Of a DNA stretch of 64,000 nucleotides, positions 1-13,141 are shown piece after piece. The number at the start of each line of letters is the position of its first letter. Positions within the stretch are counted from its first letter, which is position 1. The DNA lies in the NCBI GenBank assembly GCA_001179505.1, contig CDMY01000581.1, forward strand, positions 1 through 64,000, written 5' to 3'. The notes under the pieces are model-generated. The model saw nothing but the letters and a program-made list of their open reading frames with translations. It did not search any database and had not been told where the DNA came from. This DNA is from Vitrella brassicaformis CCMP3155 (lineage: Eukaryota > Protista > Chromerida). Position numbers and translations under genes: made by a program.

Positions 1-153
1 CGTCACATTCCTACTCGCGACCCCGAGCTACTGCTGATACTCCAACTCCTGGAGTTGGAGTTGGAGTATCAGCAGTAGCTCGGGGTAGCGAGTAGGATGG
101 AGTTGGAGTTGGAGTATCAGCAGTAGCTCGGGGTAGCGAGTAGGAATGTGACG
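1..153. repeat. Fold-back inverted repeat with an internal 48-bp tandem duplication
   Basis: 1-49 is the reverse complement of 105-153 with one mismatch. 51-97 and 99-145 are identical direct copies (GGAGTTGGAGTTGGAGTATCAGCAGTAGCTCGGGGTAGCGAGTAGGA). Confidence 0.9.
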
Positions 154-420
154 AAGCCGGTAGAAGCATTCAGTGACGACGGGGGTCTCATGGACACGCA
201 AGCTTGGGTCCACGCGCATCACAAGTCATGTCTCGTAGATCTCGCACGTGTAACTCGGTCTCCGCTCTAACTCCAACGCTCCTCAAACCTTTTGAGCTCG
301 CAAGTCTAGGCTCCGAAGTCGTGGCGCCCCTCAAAAGGGTGTGGCCAGTTGCGAGGGGAGCGTGACTGATACACACTACCTGGTAAGGTACACTGCCTTC
401 ACTCACTATTCGTGTTGACA
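147..420 (+). mobile_element. Possible LTR (274 bp, TGT...ACA termini)
   Basis: Starts TGTGACG at 147 and ends TGTTGACA at 420. It is preceded by purine-rich GGGGTAGCGAGTAGGAA (PPT-like) and lacks the microsatellites typical of host non-coding DNA. No second full LTR or pol sequence is in the window. Confidence 0.35.
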
Positions 421-536
421 GACAGGACGTCCCAGCTTGCGTCCCAGCACTCCCCCTCTCTGGATTGGTTGCTCTGTGTGTGCATCTATCTCTTCAGGCC
501 ATACCAGCAGCTGAGGTCTTCAGATCATAACTGAGG

Positions 537-3500
537 ATGGCCACTGACTCGTCGCGGGAGCTGCTGGGGGAGACGATGGATGGTACAGGAGCATTGCACA
601 CACGCAGTCTCGAGCATTCTTCACTTCAATCTTCTTGTCGTTCTTCCGCGTGTGCAGAGTTCCTGGTGGTCGTGCAGGAGAAAAAAGCGCTCGAGAAGCT
701 CAGAGGCCACCAGCGGCTCAAGGTAGAGAGATGCTTGCTTGACGGAAGGGAGGGGCTGTACGTGTCATCTTGTCTGCCTGCCTGTCTGTCTGTCTGTCTG
801 TCCTCAGCACTGGATCAGCAAGAAGGGCCGCTTCCGCGTGTTGGTGCGGGACATCCGTGGTGTGATGCGGGAGGGCGACCAGCCCATCAACATGGCCCTC
901 ATGGAGAGCATCGCAGAGTCCATTAACGCCAGAGCCGTCGCATACCGCAAAGACATGGACAAACACTGGTCCCCCACTGAGAGAGAGAGGAGGGAACAAA
1001 GCACCACACAGGTGTTTTAGACCGTCTCTCTCTTTCTGTGTGGCTGTGTCAGGGCTGTGTTCGTGCGGCAGCAGCAGGGTGGGGATGGTGTTGCTGTTGA
1101 TGATGTCGATGTCCGTGCGGACGCCTCGACGGAGACGGCGATGGTGCATTCCAGCGAGGCTGCGACCGAGCCGATGGAGTGGATGTGGAGCGAGAACCAC
1201 ACACAGACGGGCGGTGCCGGTGAGGAGGAGGACTCGACGAGGGTCAGCAGCGATCTGAATGAGACACTTGAGATGATGCAGCACACCGTTGACGCCGCGC
1301 GGTGAGTAGGGGAGGGAGGGAGGGAGGGAGGCAAGACATAGCTGATCATGTGCGTGTGCGTGTGTGCAGCAACGTGACGGCCCAGAAGCACCACATGACC
1401 GTTGCCGAGTTCGAGGGCACCGCCATCGAAGCCATCAAGGTGAGAGAGGGGAACGGATGACAGCAGCCAGCCACACACAGGAGTGTATGCAAACACCATC
1501 CAACCAGTGTTCCTCTCTCTGTGTGGGGCTAGGAGCTGTCTGCTGAGAAGGGTTGGGACGTGCCTCTGGTCGACCAAATGCCGCCCCTGCAGCCATCGGT
1601 AGGTAGAGAGAGAGGAGAGATCTGTCGGCCGCACAGACAGACAGACAGACAGAGCAGTAGAAGTGACTTCATTCACTGTCTGTGAACAGGGTGAGGTGAG
1701 CCAGGTTGTGCTGGACAAGTTGAAGGCCCTACAGACAGAGGTACGTGTGTGTGCAGTGCAGTGCAGTGCAGTGCAGGTGTCATGGCAACCAGCCAGCCGC
1801 GGTACCCATCTGACTGACCTGCCTGTGCCGTGTGTGCCATGAACGCAACGCCTGCAGGATGGTGACTGGGCGTCGGAGCTTGGCGTCGCCGAGTGGATCG
1901 ACAAACTCACGAGCATCGCTCAACTGCTCACCTCGCGTACGCACAGACAGACAGACAGACGTACGTCGGATGGCGTGCATTTGATGCATACTATTTGGAT
2001 CTGTCAGATCCGCTGGATAAGGAGGGCGAGTACCTCAACTCGACCGTCGACAAGATAGTCGAGTTCGTCACACACGCACACGTCACACAACGTACGTACG
2101 GCGCATGATAAGAGACGTGCATGCGGACACTACATGGATCGATGTGTGACGGTCGTCAATCTCTCTCTCTCTCTCTGTCTGTGTGTGTGTGTGTGTGTGT
2201 GGTCCGTCCGTCAGCCTCTATGGTGTTGAAGGACCACCGTGTGCAGCTGCAGGCGTCCGCCGACAAGATTCGCGACATCTCCACCGCCATCAGAGAGTGA
2301 GTGAGGGAGGGAGGGGAAGAGCACACCCACAGAGACACACAAGGGTCCCATGCATCTCCCTGTCTCGTGTGTCTTTTGCGTGTGTGCGCAGTGAGACGAG
2401 TCCGGTGAAGCGTCACCTCAAGTCGAAGCAGCGCATCGATGCCGTCATAGAGTACCTCACGCTCGTCAAGGACAAGGTGGCTGCGCGCCCTGCCTGTCAC
2501 ACACACATCCATCCGTCCATCCATCCATCTCACCGTCTCTGTGTGGTGGGTGCAGGGGTCGGCCATCCGCGAGTGTCTCAAGAAGACAGGGTCGATCGAC
2601 GCCTTCGACGAGGCGCAGGCACAGATACTCACCGACAGCAAGGTGAGCGAGGGCTCAGGGGCAGACAGACATGCACGGAGACGTATCTCTGTGTGTGTGT
2701 GCGTGTGTGTGTGCATGCGCTTGTCTATTGATTGTGTGTGTGGTGTAGGGTCTGATTGAGAGTGGCCGTGAGTCGTGTGAGTGGTGGAAGAAGACCCTCT
2801 ACCAGTTTGACAAACGCGCACAGGACATGATCGGTGTGGTTCGGAAGCACTCACGCGCACCGCACACACTCACTCACGGACACACAGAGCTCTGTCGTGT
2901 GTTGCTGTCTGTCAGACTACCAGCATGGCCTCAAGACATCTGTCGAGGAAGCCCGTGCCTACGAGAAGGAGTGCGTGAGACCCTCACCAACACACACACA
3001 GATGTGCGCCACTTGTCCGTCCACCATGCCTATGTGTATGTTGTGTGGTGTCACACAGGTTGGTGGAGGCCAACACGGCCAAGCGCGCGGCCATCAAGGA
3101 GCAGATGGCGGACCTCTGCAAACAACTCATCGAAGTAGAGGTACATAAGACACCTAGACAGATACCGCCGTCACAACACGCATACACAGACACAGACGCA
3201 TATATATGTGTGTGATGGCGGGCAATCATTGATCAGCAATCTGAGGCCTTTGCCAAGCAGCAGCGTCTGCAGGCCGAGGCCGCCGTGGCCACGGCAGACA
3301 AACCGCTCAAGAAGATACTCAACACTGTCGAGGTATGTGTGGCTGCCTCTGCCAGCCTGGTACTGTATGTGTGAATTCCTGTGTCCATGACATGACAGGT
3401 GTGGCGTGAGGAGCACGAGCGGCGCTGCGAGAGATGGGAGAAGGGCGTCCACGCTGCGGTACACACACACACACACACACACAGAGAGCGAGAGAGAAAT

Positions 3501-5300
3501 CACCGGCGTATGGCCACCTGACTCTCTGCACTGCTGCTGGTTCATTCATTCATCATTCATGCAGGTTGAGATCGACTCGTGGGTGCAGATGGTGTTGGGG
3601 TCCGTACACGGCCGTGTGGACAAGGCCGTCAACGACCTGTCGGCGGGTACGTTACTTAGGAAACAAGAGAAGAGACAGAAATCCGTCACACACACGACTC
3701 ACACACGAGGGACGGGCGTGCCGCTGTGTGCATGCATCGGTCGGTCAGCTTTGCCTGTGGACCGTGCTCGTGTGGAGGCCCTGGTCGACCGCCAGAAGAC
3801 CCAAATGGACACCGCTATCGCCAAGAAACAGCAGCTGGTGCGGATGAATAGCAGCACGCTTCTCACAAGCACAAACACAAACACACACTCTCTCTGTCTC
3901 TGTCTTCCTCTCTGCTAACACAGGCGTCCAACAACTACCAGATGATGATGGATTTGCGCGACGAGTGGACCAAATACGAGGGCGACGCCTATTACCAGGA
4001 GAGAGTCCAAAACGCAATCGCCGCCAAAACCGAGGCATACGAACGGGTAGGCACACACACACACACATCCATACGCCATACGCCATCTCATTTTCCATCC
4101 GTCCGCGCTCTGTCTGTCAGCTGTTGAATGAGATCAGTGTGCTGGAGAGCGACAAGGGCCGCATCGACTGTGCGTATGGCGAATACCTGTCGTGCCTCAG
4201 TGGGGCCGTGGGCGGCGGGGAGGACCTCAGCACCAGCATCGAGATCGTTGACGTCAAGGATGACGCTGAGCAGTGGGCAGAGCAGCACTTCATGGCCTTC
4301 AAGTAAGGCCTTGAGAGGGACAGAGGCCGACGATCTGTGTCAATGTCAATGATTGCAATGCAGGCCGCTGGAGGTGTCATTGCCGCCGCCCCCTCCCTCC
4401 TTCTCGGCGTCATCGGCTGTGGCGTCCTCATTCGGACACTCATTCAACTCATACATCAACCTCAAGGCAGCCAACCACACACAATTCCCCTCCCTCCACA
4501 CCCCCCCCCCCCCCCCCCCCACACACAGACCCATCTGTGTGTCCTCGTGTCTGTCAGGTCCCTGGTGCTGTGGAGGGCATCGACGAGTGTTCGAGCGAGG
4601 ACCTGAGTGTGGCCGAGAGCGAGATCCCACTCCCCGCCGCCACACACACACACACTCAGAAGCACAGCCGTGGCAATGGCATCCCCATCGACTGGCTGGG
4701 CTCGGCTGTCATGGTGCCGTCGCCATCCTCTGCTATGGCCGCTGCTGCTGCTGCTGCTGGTGCTGGTTCTGCTGATGGTGCACACAAGGAGGGGGAGGGG
4801 GAGGTGGAGGGAGAGGAACACGAGGAGATTGACACGGACATGGACACCAAGGACCTGGAAATGGGCATCAAGGAGGCTGGCGGCGAGGAGGGCTTCCAGG
4901 TCAGAAGAGGGAGTCTCGTGTGCACAGTAAGTACATGTTGGTTGTTTCGTTGTTGTATGTGCCTGCAGATGTGTGAGCCCACTGAGAGTATGCTGGTGCT
5001 CCGGGAGGGACTTAACTACTCAAACGCACCCCAATCGGTCGGTACACAACCCTCCCTCACTCCCTCCCTCCCTCCCCACCTCACCACCTCAACCCTCACT
5101 GTGGTCATATCTGCCTCCCTCCCTATGTCCAGACTCGTTCCGAGTCGGAGGTGCATGTGTGTGCGGCCGCGGCCCTCCATGACGATGAGGACACCGTGCT
5201 CGTCAACCAGGAGGCCAAGGAGGCCATAGAGGAGACTGCTGTGGATGAGGCCACCGACATGCCGCAGGAGCCCCTCCTCACGGAGTCGTTCGCTGCATAG
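537..5300 (+). CDS. Multi-exon (roughly 20 exons) hypothetical coiled-coil protein with an acidic low-complexity C-terminus
   Basis: In-phase GT/GC-AG-bounded exons from MATDSSRELL through ...EANTAKRAAIKEQMADLCKQLIEVE..., ...MMMDLRDEWTKYEGDAYYQERVQNAIAAK... to ...PQEPLLTESFAA* (TAG 5298-5300). Helical and heptad-like; no family recognised. Confidence 0.7.
2161..2200. repeat. Representative intronic microsatellite (CT)n-(GT)n; similar (CA)n, (GT)n, (CAGA)n, (CTGT)n and (GATG)n tracts occur in most introns
   Basis: (CT)8 followed by (GT)10 immediately upstream of the acceptor at about 2213. Confidence 0.9.
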
Positions 5301-6380
5301 ACACACACACACACAGACACACTCATGGTGATGGAGAGAGGGGGCGTGGCGCGGCGCGTGTGGCTTTCAACTGCTATGTGTGTATGCGGGTGCTGATCTG
5401 TATGTATGGCTGCCATTGCAAGTGAATTTGTATGCTCGCAGTATGCACACGCCACGCGGTGGGGAGGGCTTTGCCCATTGTGTGTGTGTGGCCTGTATGT
5501 AACATACGAGTGAAATGAACCGAGCAAGGAGGGTGGGAGGGAGGAATGGTGCCAGCTGGATGCAGAAACAGACACACAGACAGACAACAGACAGACAGAC
5601 AGACGGCAGTTTTTGCACATGACGGATGGCGCATTGGAAAGCAGTTTTTGGTCGCAGCCGGTGCCCTGTGTGTGTGTGTGTGTGTGTGTGTAATGTATGC
5701 TCACTTGAAGTCGTTGCTCTGTATCTGTTGCCTGCCTGCCTGCAGCCCTGTGTGCCTGCTCGGATGTGTGTGCCCGTCGCCACGTCGGATTCTCACTTGT
5801 TTCCTGTGCCGGGCACTTGCAGCCGAGCGACACACACTGGCGCGGCATTGACACCAACGCAACACGCATCCCTCTTCTGGTTGTATCTTCCTTTGTTCCT
5901 GTCTGTGTGAGATGTCGGATGTGCGTGTGGCTGTCGCCTTGTCGGGCCGCTGTGGTAGAAACATTCCACATGGCAACAACATGTGGGTCACTTGTTCCTG
6001 CCGAACCGCCTTGAAGGCAATGGACACATGCAGCCAACCGACGCCCATGCCTGTCTGTGAATGCATGAGTGTGTGGAAGGTGTGGACGATGGATGGATGG
6101 TGTAATGAATGTGACAGACAGCAAAACAAAGGGATGGATGTGCACTATATAGACCTAGTGATGGCCATTGTGGTTTCATGCTGTTTTTTGCCGGCCTTGA
6201 ACGAGTGAATGAGTGGATTTGAGAAAGACGTGGTTGTTGGTTGACACACGCCAAGTGAAGAAACTCAGAAGCCAGCCAAGCATGTCTCAGCAAACACAGC
6301 GACGCAGTCAGATGTTTAGGGTTTCGCTAAACCGTTGAGAGCGGCGGAATCTGTGCGCTTTTCACCATAGCGCTTAGCTA

Positions 6381-8966
6381 ATGGAGGCTGATGCGCAAGG
6401 CACTCGCACAGATGTGCCCCGCGGTGTTCTCCGTGTGTCGGTGCCGAGCATTTTGTGGCGCATCTGCGGCTACCTGCCGACGAGGAAGCGGCTGACGCTG
6501 AGGACACTTTGCGGGACACTGAAGCACGCCGTCTGTGCCCTGGTGTGCATCATTGCCAACTCGCTGCTTCCGCAAGGGTGAGCAGAGCTCATGCATCACG
6601 AGTGCATGTGAGTATTCTCAGCCTTGAACATCTTTCTTTCTCTGCAGGCAGTCGTCGTCGAGTCATCAGGAGAAGCCCGGTGCGCAGCAGGCGATAGTCG
6701 TGCTGCCGGCCAAAGTGGCTGCTGTGAGAGATGAGGTGTACGAGACCAACATGGGCCGGCTGTTGCGGCACCGGGAGACCCTCAAGGAGATCCGCATCAC
6801 ACAGCTGCGGCCCGCGGACGGCGAGAAGGCCGAGCAGCAAGGAACTGACGCCGATATGACGCAGATCGAGGGCGACCCGACTGTCTTCCCGTCCGTGACG
6901 TCCCTCGAGGTTGACAGCGTGGAGGCGCTGGTGATGCTGCACCGCCACAAGTGCGTCTTCCCCGCCCTCCGCCGCATCTCGGGCCGGCTCATTCCCCTCG
7001 AGTCGTGCAACATCGGGATGGACAGCGCAGATCACGCGCCTCTGGAAGCGATCAACGTGGCCGCCCTTGACACCGCCCTGTCGCGCATCCTTGGCTCGTC
7101 TCCCCGTGTCGAGCACCTGGACATTTTCCCGATTGCCCTGGTGCGGAAGGACAAGAACCACAGCCTCGTGGAGGGACCAGGGGCACGGCTGGTCATGGAA
7201 GAGACGGTCACGGCCGTGCGGTCGCTCAGGCGGCTGTGCTTCCTCGGACATTTGCTCCTAGACAGGGGAGCATGTGCGGACAACCCGAACCAGCCGACGA
7301 ACCTGCCGATGGAGACCGCCCGCTCCCTGGTCCAGCACCTCTCGTCGCCGTCACCCGGCACGGGCATACAGGGCCATTCCCCCGCCGCTGCCAAGAAACA
7401 GCTGCACATCTGCTGCCCGATTGAGATCCACCCAGGCCTGCCCCACTGGCTGCCTGACAGCTACGCCACACCCGCCTCCACAGCCAGATTCACGCCCATC
7501 CACCTGATCCGCCTTGCCGAGGAGCGGGGGTGCGAGGTGATACGGGACGGCGGCACCACGCACCTCCGATCGGTGCTTTACGCTTCCGACGGCCGCGGCC
7601 CGCTCCTGGGCGTCCTTCAGCGGCCCAGCTGGCAGCAGTGGAGAGCATCAAGCGCCACGCCAAGGGAGGGACCGAGGTGAAGGTGACGTATGAGATGGGC
7701 GGGAGACGCATCTCTGCGGAATTCCGCGGGATGCGGTTCGACAATAGCACCAGCCTGTGGATCAGCTTCTCCCCGGACCCCCATGCACTGACAGACGACC
7801 TCACCTTCACCCCGATCCCTCCCTGGCTGGGCGAGGAGGGCGCATTGGCCGCCATCACCGACGTGGCCATCGACCGTACCGGGCTCAGTGACGGCCTCGT
7901 CGACCCAGTCACGGCCATCCGAGCCCCTCCCCCTGCCGTCAATCCCCTCAGTGCCATCCTCACGGCACTGCCATCGCTCAAGCGGGTGCAGCTCGTCATG
8001 TGTGAAGGCTTCATGATATCGGAGGTGCTCGCCTACATCCAGAGGGGCCGAGCTGATGCCATTCATGATGACGATGAGCCTCTGGAGGAGGTGTGCGTGG
8101 GCGTCTCGGGCGACCTGGGTGTCGAGGAGCGTGACGGCGATCTGCCTGCCTTCTTCCTCCCGCCCCCGTTTGTCGAGCGGGCCTACCCACCCGTCAAGCT
8201 GCTGACGGTGTCGGTCGATACCAGCGTCATGGGCAGCTTCATGACGCAGGACATCGAGGTGGCGGAGCGGGAGTTGCGAGAGATCTTCCGCTTCGTCCGC
8301 CGCCTGGCACCCGGGCAGGCGCGGGTCAAAGACGTGGCCATCTCAGCCGAGGCCTTCGACGATAGAGAGGCCGTCAACGACAGACTGCAGGAGATTTACG
8401 GCGAGAGCCGAGAGATAGAGGGAGGNNNNNNNNNNNNNNNNNNNNNNNNNNNNNNNNNNNNNNNNNNNNNNNNNNNNNNNNNNNNNNNNNNNNNNNNNNN
8501 NNNNNNNNNNNNNNNNNNNNNNNNNNNNNNNNNNNNNNNNNNNNNNNNNNNNNNNNNNNNNNNNNNNNNNNNNNNNNNNNNNNNNNNNNNNNNNNNNNNN
8601 NNNNNNNNNNNNNNNNNNNNNNNNNNNNNNNNNNNNNNNNNNNNNNNNNNNNNNNNNNNNNNNNNNNNNNNNNNNNNNNNNNNNNNNNNNNNNNNNNNNN
8701 NNNNNNNNNNNNNNNNNNNNNNNNNGGGGGAGGGGGAGGGCGGAGGAGTGCTGATGGAGGGACCGCTGCCGTCTTACGACCTGGCAGTTGTCGACGTCCG
8801 TGTGTGCAAGAGCGGGCGGATCGGAGGAACCGTGGCAGACAGTACCTTGAGCGAGGAGGAGCGAGACGACATCGATGAGCTGCTGGACGAGACGCCAGAG
8901 AGTTTTGCGTATGACATCGATATGGCGCTGGCTCCAACTGCTGCTCCAAATGGGGCACTCGGGTAG
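6381..8966 (+). CDS. Lineage-specific protein with an F-box-like N-terminus; frame discontinuity near 7537-7628; interrupted by an N gap
   Basis: Exon 1 contains SILWRICGYLPTRKRLTLRTLCGTLKHAV (F-box-like). Intron 6578-6647 joins in phase to the 6700 ORF. Coding continues in the 7530..8966 ORF in a different frame. Confidence 0.6.
8426..8725. other. Assembly gap (300 N)
   Basis: Run of N flanked by G-rich sequence. Confidence 1.
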
Positions 8967-10298
8967 ATAGACAGGCAGGAGTCCACTCTGTCTGCCGAGA
9001 CGCATACATCCATGCATTTGTTTGAGTGCCTTGTGACGGCTGGCGTATGCATGTGCGTGGGTTTAATGCATGGCCGGCTCGTCTGGTTCTGGCTTCATGG
9101 ACGGTCCCTGCCTGTTTGCCTGCTCGACCCGACCGAGAGAGGGGGGGGGGGCCTTCTGCCTTGACACACAGTATGTATCTATTTATGTACGAATTTGTAC
9201 CAGGTGCGTGCGTCTGTGCAGGTGTTGTGGTGGGCTGACCGATTGAGAAAAAAGGGTGTCCGTGGGGCGACTGTCATGTGCGTGGCTGGGTGCTGTTTTC
9301 CCAATTTTTCCAGCACTGGTTGGTGAGTGGATGGGTGGGCTTTTTGCCGACTGACACAGCTGCATGCACAGAGGCCTTGTTGTGTCCTGCTGCCCGCCAT
9401 GCCTCTCTCTCTCTCTCTCTCGTGTTTTTCTGCCGGATCGCCTTGTGTCGTGTCTGTCGCCCCTTGCCATGCCATGCCATTCCTATACATATATACACAT
9501 ACATGCGTTTGTGGAGGATGTGCACACATCTCTATCTGGTATCTATTTGTATACAACATATCCGTGTGGGATGGCGCTGCATCCTGCATGCGGCGCACAT
9601 GCAGGTAGGTATGCCATTCGTAGCTACGGACCCAATCTTGCAGCATCCATCGGCCCGCCGATGAGTGCAGGGGCGCGGGGGGGCTGTCGTACGCTGGCTG
9701 GTGTTTGGCTATGTGAGTGACTGAGTGTGTGTCGGTGCACATGACATCTGGCTGTCGTGGTGCTGTCTTTCGATGCTTTGTTTGTATTCTCCTGGCTCTG
9801 TCTGTCTGTCTGTCTGGGATGTGTGTGCCCATCGCCTTATCCGTCGCGGTGGGGTGGTAGAAACGATCCACGTTTTCCACCATGTGAATGGCTCGTTTTG
9901 GAGACGGACACACACAGCCAGCCAGCCAGCCAGTAAGCAGATGAAATTTCAAGAGACTGACTCTGTCTGTGGGTCGATGGGACTATACAGATTGAAGGAA
10001 AGAGTCATGTACCCCATAGGTACGCCAGTCGGTCTCTCCCCTGTACACACACACAACACAGCGGCAAACCGCGCGCAAGCTCATTGAGCATCGGCGCAGC
10101 TGCAGCCCTCACCAGTCTGTCTGTCCAGCTGTACACACAAAATGTATGTATGCATGTATGTTTGTATGTCGATAAACAATCGAATCGACCGACAAACTTC
10201 ATTCGCAGGCACCGCCCCAACCCGGCCCACCCGACCCCTGACTGACTGACAAAACACACCTCCCTACCCTTTCCCATGCACCATGCACCATTCACCAT

Positions 10299-13075
10299 TC
10301 ACTTGTGCTCCTGCCTGTAGTAGTCCATCCCGCTGCCGTACTCCCACGCCTCCAGCAGCCGACGCAGATAATACGCCTGCCGCTGCGGCAGGGCAGACGG
10401 CACATCCAGCCGCCTCAGGATCTCGCCCACGGTGAGGTGCATGAGTGTGTAGAGGCCCGTCATGAGGAAGTGGTACACCCACACGACCAGCACGTCGATG
10501 CCCACCAGTTGGATCGTCTGTATGATCGAAAGAAAGAGAAAGGGAAAGATGCGCGGGGAGGGGAGGGGAGGGGACGGGGCTGGGTGTGACGTGCGTACGT
10601 TGGGAATGATGGCGGGGTTCTTCCACCCGGTGGCAAGCAGCGCCCTCAGCAAAGGGACGAACTGATACGAGTCCTGTTGGCACACACACACGCACACACC
10701 GATGCATACGAGCCCTGCATATATCTTCTCGTTCGCTGACGAGGAGGAAAGGCCTCAGTGTAGCGTCTCCCATGTCATTGAGTGTCCTGAATGTCTCTGC
10801 CAGCAGCCGGACGGGGCCCTCATCGCTGTACCCCTCCCACGCCCGACCGTTGCGCACAGGCACACCCATGTTCCTCTGGAACAGCCAGGCAGTGCGCAGA
10901 TTCGGCTGAGCGACACACACACACACACACATTGATTGATCAGCGACATCCGTGGTCGTTGTGGTGTGATGCGTTCCTCTCTCCCTCCCTCGCTCCATCC
11001 CTCTCGCTCTCTCTCTCTCTTTCTCACTTGGTAGGGCATCAGGGCAGCCAGGTCACTGCACACAACATGCCGACACAACTCCATCCATCCATCCCATAGA
11101 CATGTGTGTCCATCGTGTGTGCAGTGCATCTGACTGACCTCTTGCTGAGTGCGTCAGCCCTGAGGGCTTCATCGAGCCCGTTGGTGATTCTCGACAGATG
11201 CCGGATCAGCGCCGCGAGGCCGCCGAACGACAGAGGGGACTGCTGGCCGCTGGCGTCACCCACTGCTATAACGCGGTCAAAGCCAGGCTTGAGCGGGCTG
11301 TTCTGGTAGGACTGGAAGAGGCCAAACACCACACGGAGAAACTCCAAGTCATCCAATTTCACGCCCTGACGGACACAACACAGACCCATGGGAGGCACGG
11401 CATCGGTGAACGGGGTGGGGGTGCTGTTCGTACCTGGTATTTGGGCAGCAGTGTCCAGTAGTCCTCGAACAGCGTCTCGAGCGACGGACGCGACGCATCC
11501 GCATCGCAATACGTAAACTATGGACCAAGCAAGCCACCATACATACCACCACATCACAGCACAATACAACGCCCAGTGAGAGGTGTGCTGTGCTGTGCCC
11601 CTTTCCTGCTGCTTGTGCTTGCCCACCATGTATGTGGTTCTGTCTGTCGGCCCCGACCCGGCCGGGAAGGCCTCCCAGAAATACTGCACACGGGAGGGGC
11701 CCTCCCCACGCCTATACAGGGGTGTGTCAGAGTAGATGAGATCGCCCCGGACATTCTTGTCCTCGGGGTAGCCGCGCGCACACGAACCTATGCATGGATG
11801 TGACATACACAGTCAGTCAGTCAGTTGATGGAGGCATTCAACCTCCGGGTCTGTGCGTCGACCGATCGATCCATGCTCACCGACAACGAGGCAGATGCCA
11901 TCCGGCTTCTGGCCTCTAAACGGACACAAAATGGAGCAGACGTGGTCATCCAGCCTTGGCGCGCGAGGGTGTGATATTGTGTCACTCACTTCCTGAGCTG
12001 CCGTGAAATGGGCGAGTTGAACCCCATGCAATCGACGACCAGCCGACTCGTCACACTCACAGGCGACTCACTCCCGACCGGCTGAACCAGCAGCGACGCA
12101 CCATCTGCACACACGACGCGACGGCACGACATGCACCGGATGAACGCACCACGGGCGTGTATTCACTCATTCAGCCTATCGGATCCGTGTCTGACTTGCC
12201 TGGGTGGACAGTGACGCCTTTGAGTCGGTGGTTCTCGAGCACAGTGCCGCCGGCCTCCTCGAATCGTTTCCTCACGACGGCGAGCAGCTTGAGCGGCTGC
12301 ACACCCGCATTCAACACACCCTCGACATCCGTCTCAAAACCTGCATCACTCCCACCACCACCAAGGGGTGAGTGCGCGACGATGGTAGACAGAAAACAGC
12401 CATGTGTGCGTACAGACCTTGTTGGTCCTCTTCAGATGTCTTGAATCCGCACCGCATCGGTCCGAACTGCGACGTGACGACCTCAGCGATGTCCTCCGGC
12501 TGCAGAATGGCCGGGGTCGTAACTAACTCCTCTACCTCTTTGACGCTGATGTTCCACTCCTGCGGCCGCCCCTGCAGCAACCCGCCCTCAATCACCGCCA
12601 CCCTGTAGCCCATCTTCTGCAATGCCGTCGCCGCAAAGACACCCAGCGTCCCGCCACACACAGCCACGTCATAGTCATGCTGTGGCGCGACAGAGAGGGG
12701 CTTGGACGATTCCGTGACGAACGGGGCGCCCATCGGCTGCTTGGCCAGCTCTCCTTTCCGCAGCTTCTCCCATATGCCGTCCAGCCGCTTCAGTCCCTCA
12801 TATGTGGACGACCCTCCCGCGCCTGTGGATTGGACATTATCGGGCAACGAGGCGAAGATCTGCTCTGTCAATGAGGGGTGGTCTGCAGCGGCTGTCTTCT
12901 GCTGTGTGTCTTGTTGCTGTTGCTGCAGCAGCTGAGTGCTCCGAAGCGCCGTCAGCGGCCGCCTTGACGTGAGTAGTGGTGGCTTGATGAAGGCAGATGC
13001 AGATGCAGCGGATAGAGAAAGCACCAGAAGGACGGCAAGCAGAGGCAGATCTGACCTCCGACATGACGGTACCAT
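10299..13075 (-). CDS. cruP: CruP-type lycopene cyclase paralog / FAD-dependent oxidoreductase, plastid-targeted
   Basis: Motifs YDVAVCGGTLGVFAATAL...GRPQEWNIS, VIAVGDASGQQSPLSFGGLAALIRHL and C-terminal LEAWEYGSGMDY match the CruP/CruA family. The N-terminus is a signal peptide ending ...SASA|FIKPP followed by an S/T/R-rich transit peptide. Confidence 0.85.
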
Positions 13076-13141
13076 GCTTGAAGGCAACAACTTACGAATC
13101 AAGAAAAAGTCAAGCCAAGAAAGCGAAGGAAAACACACAAA

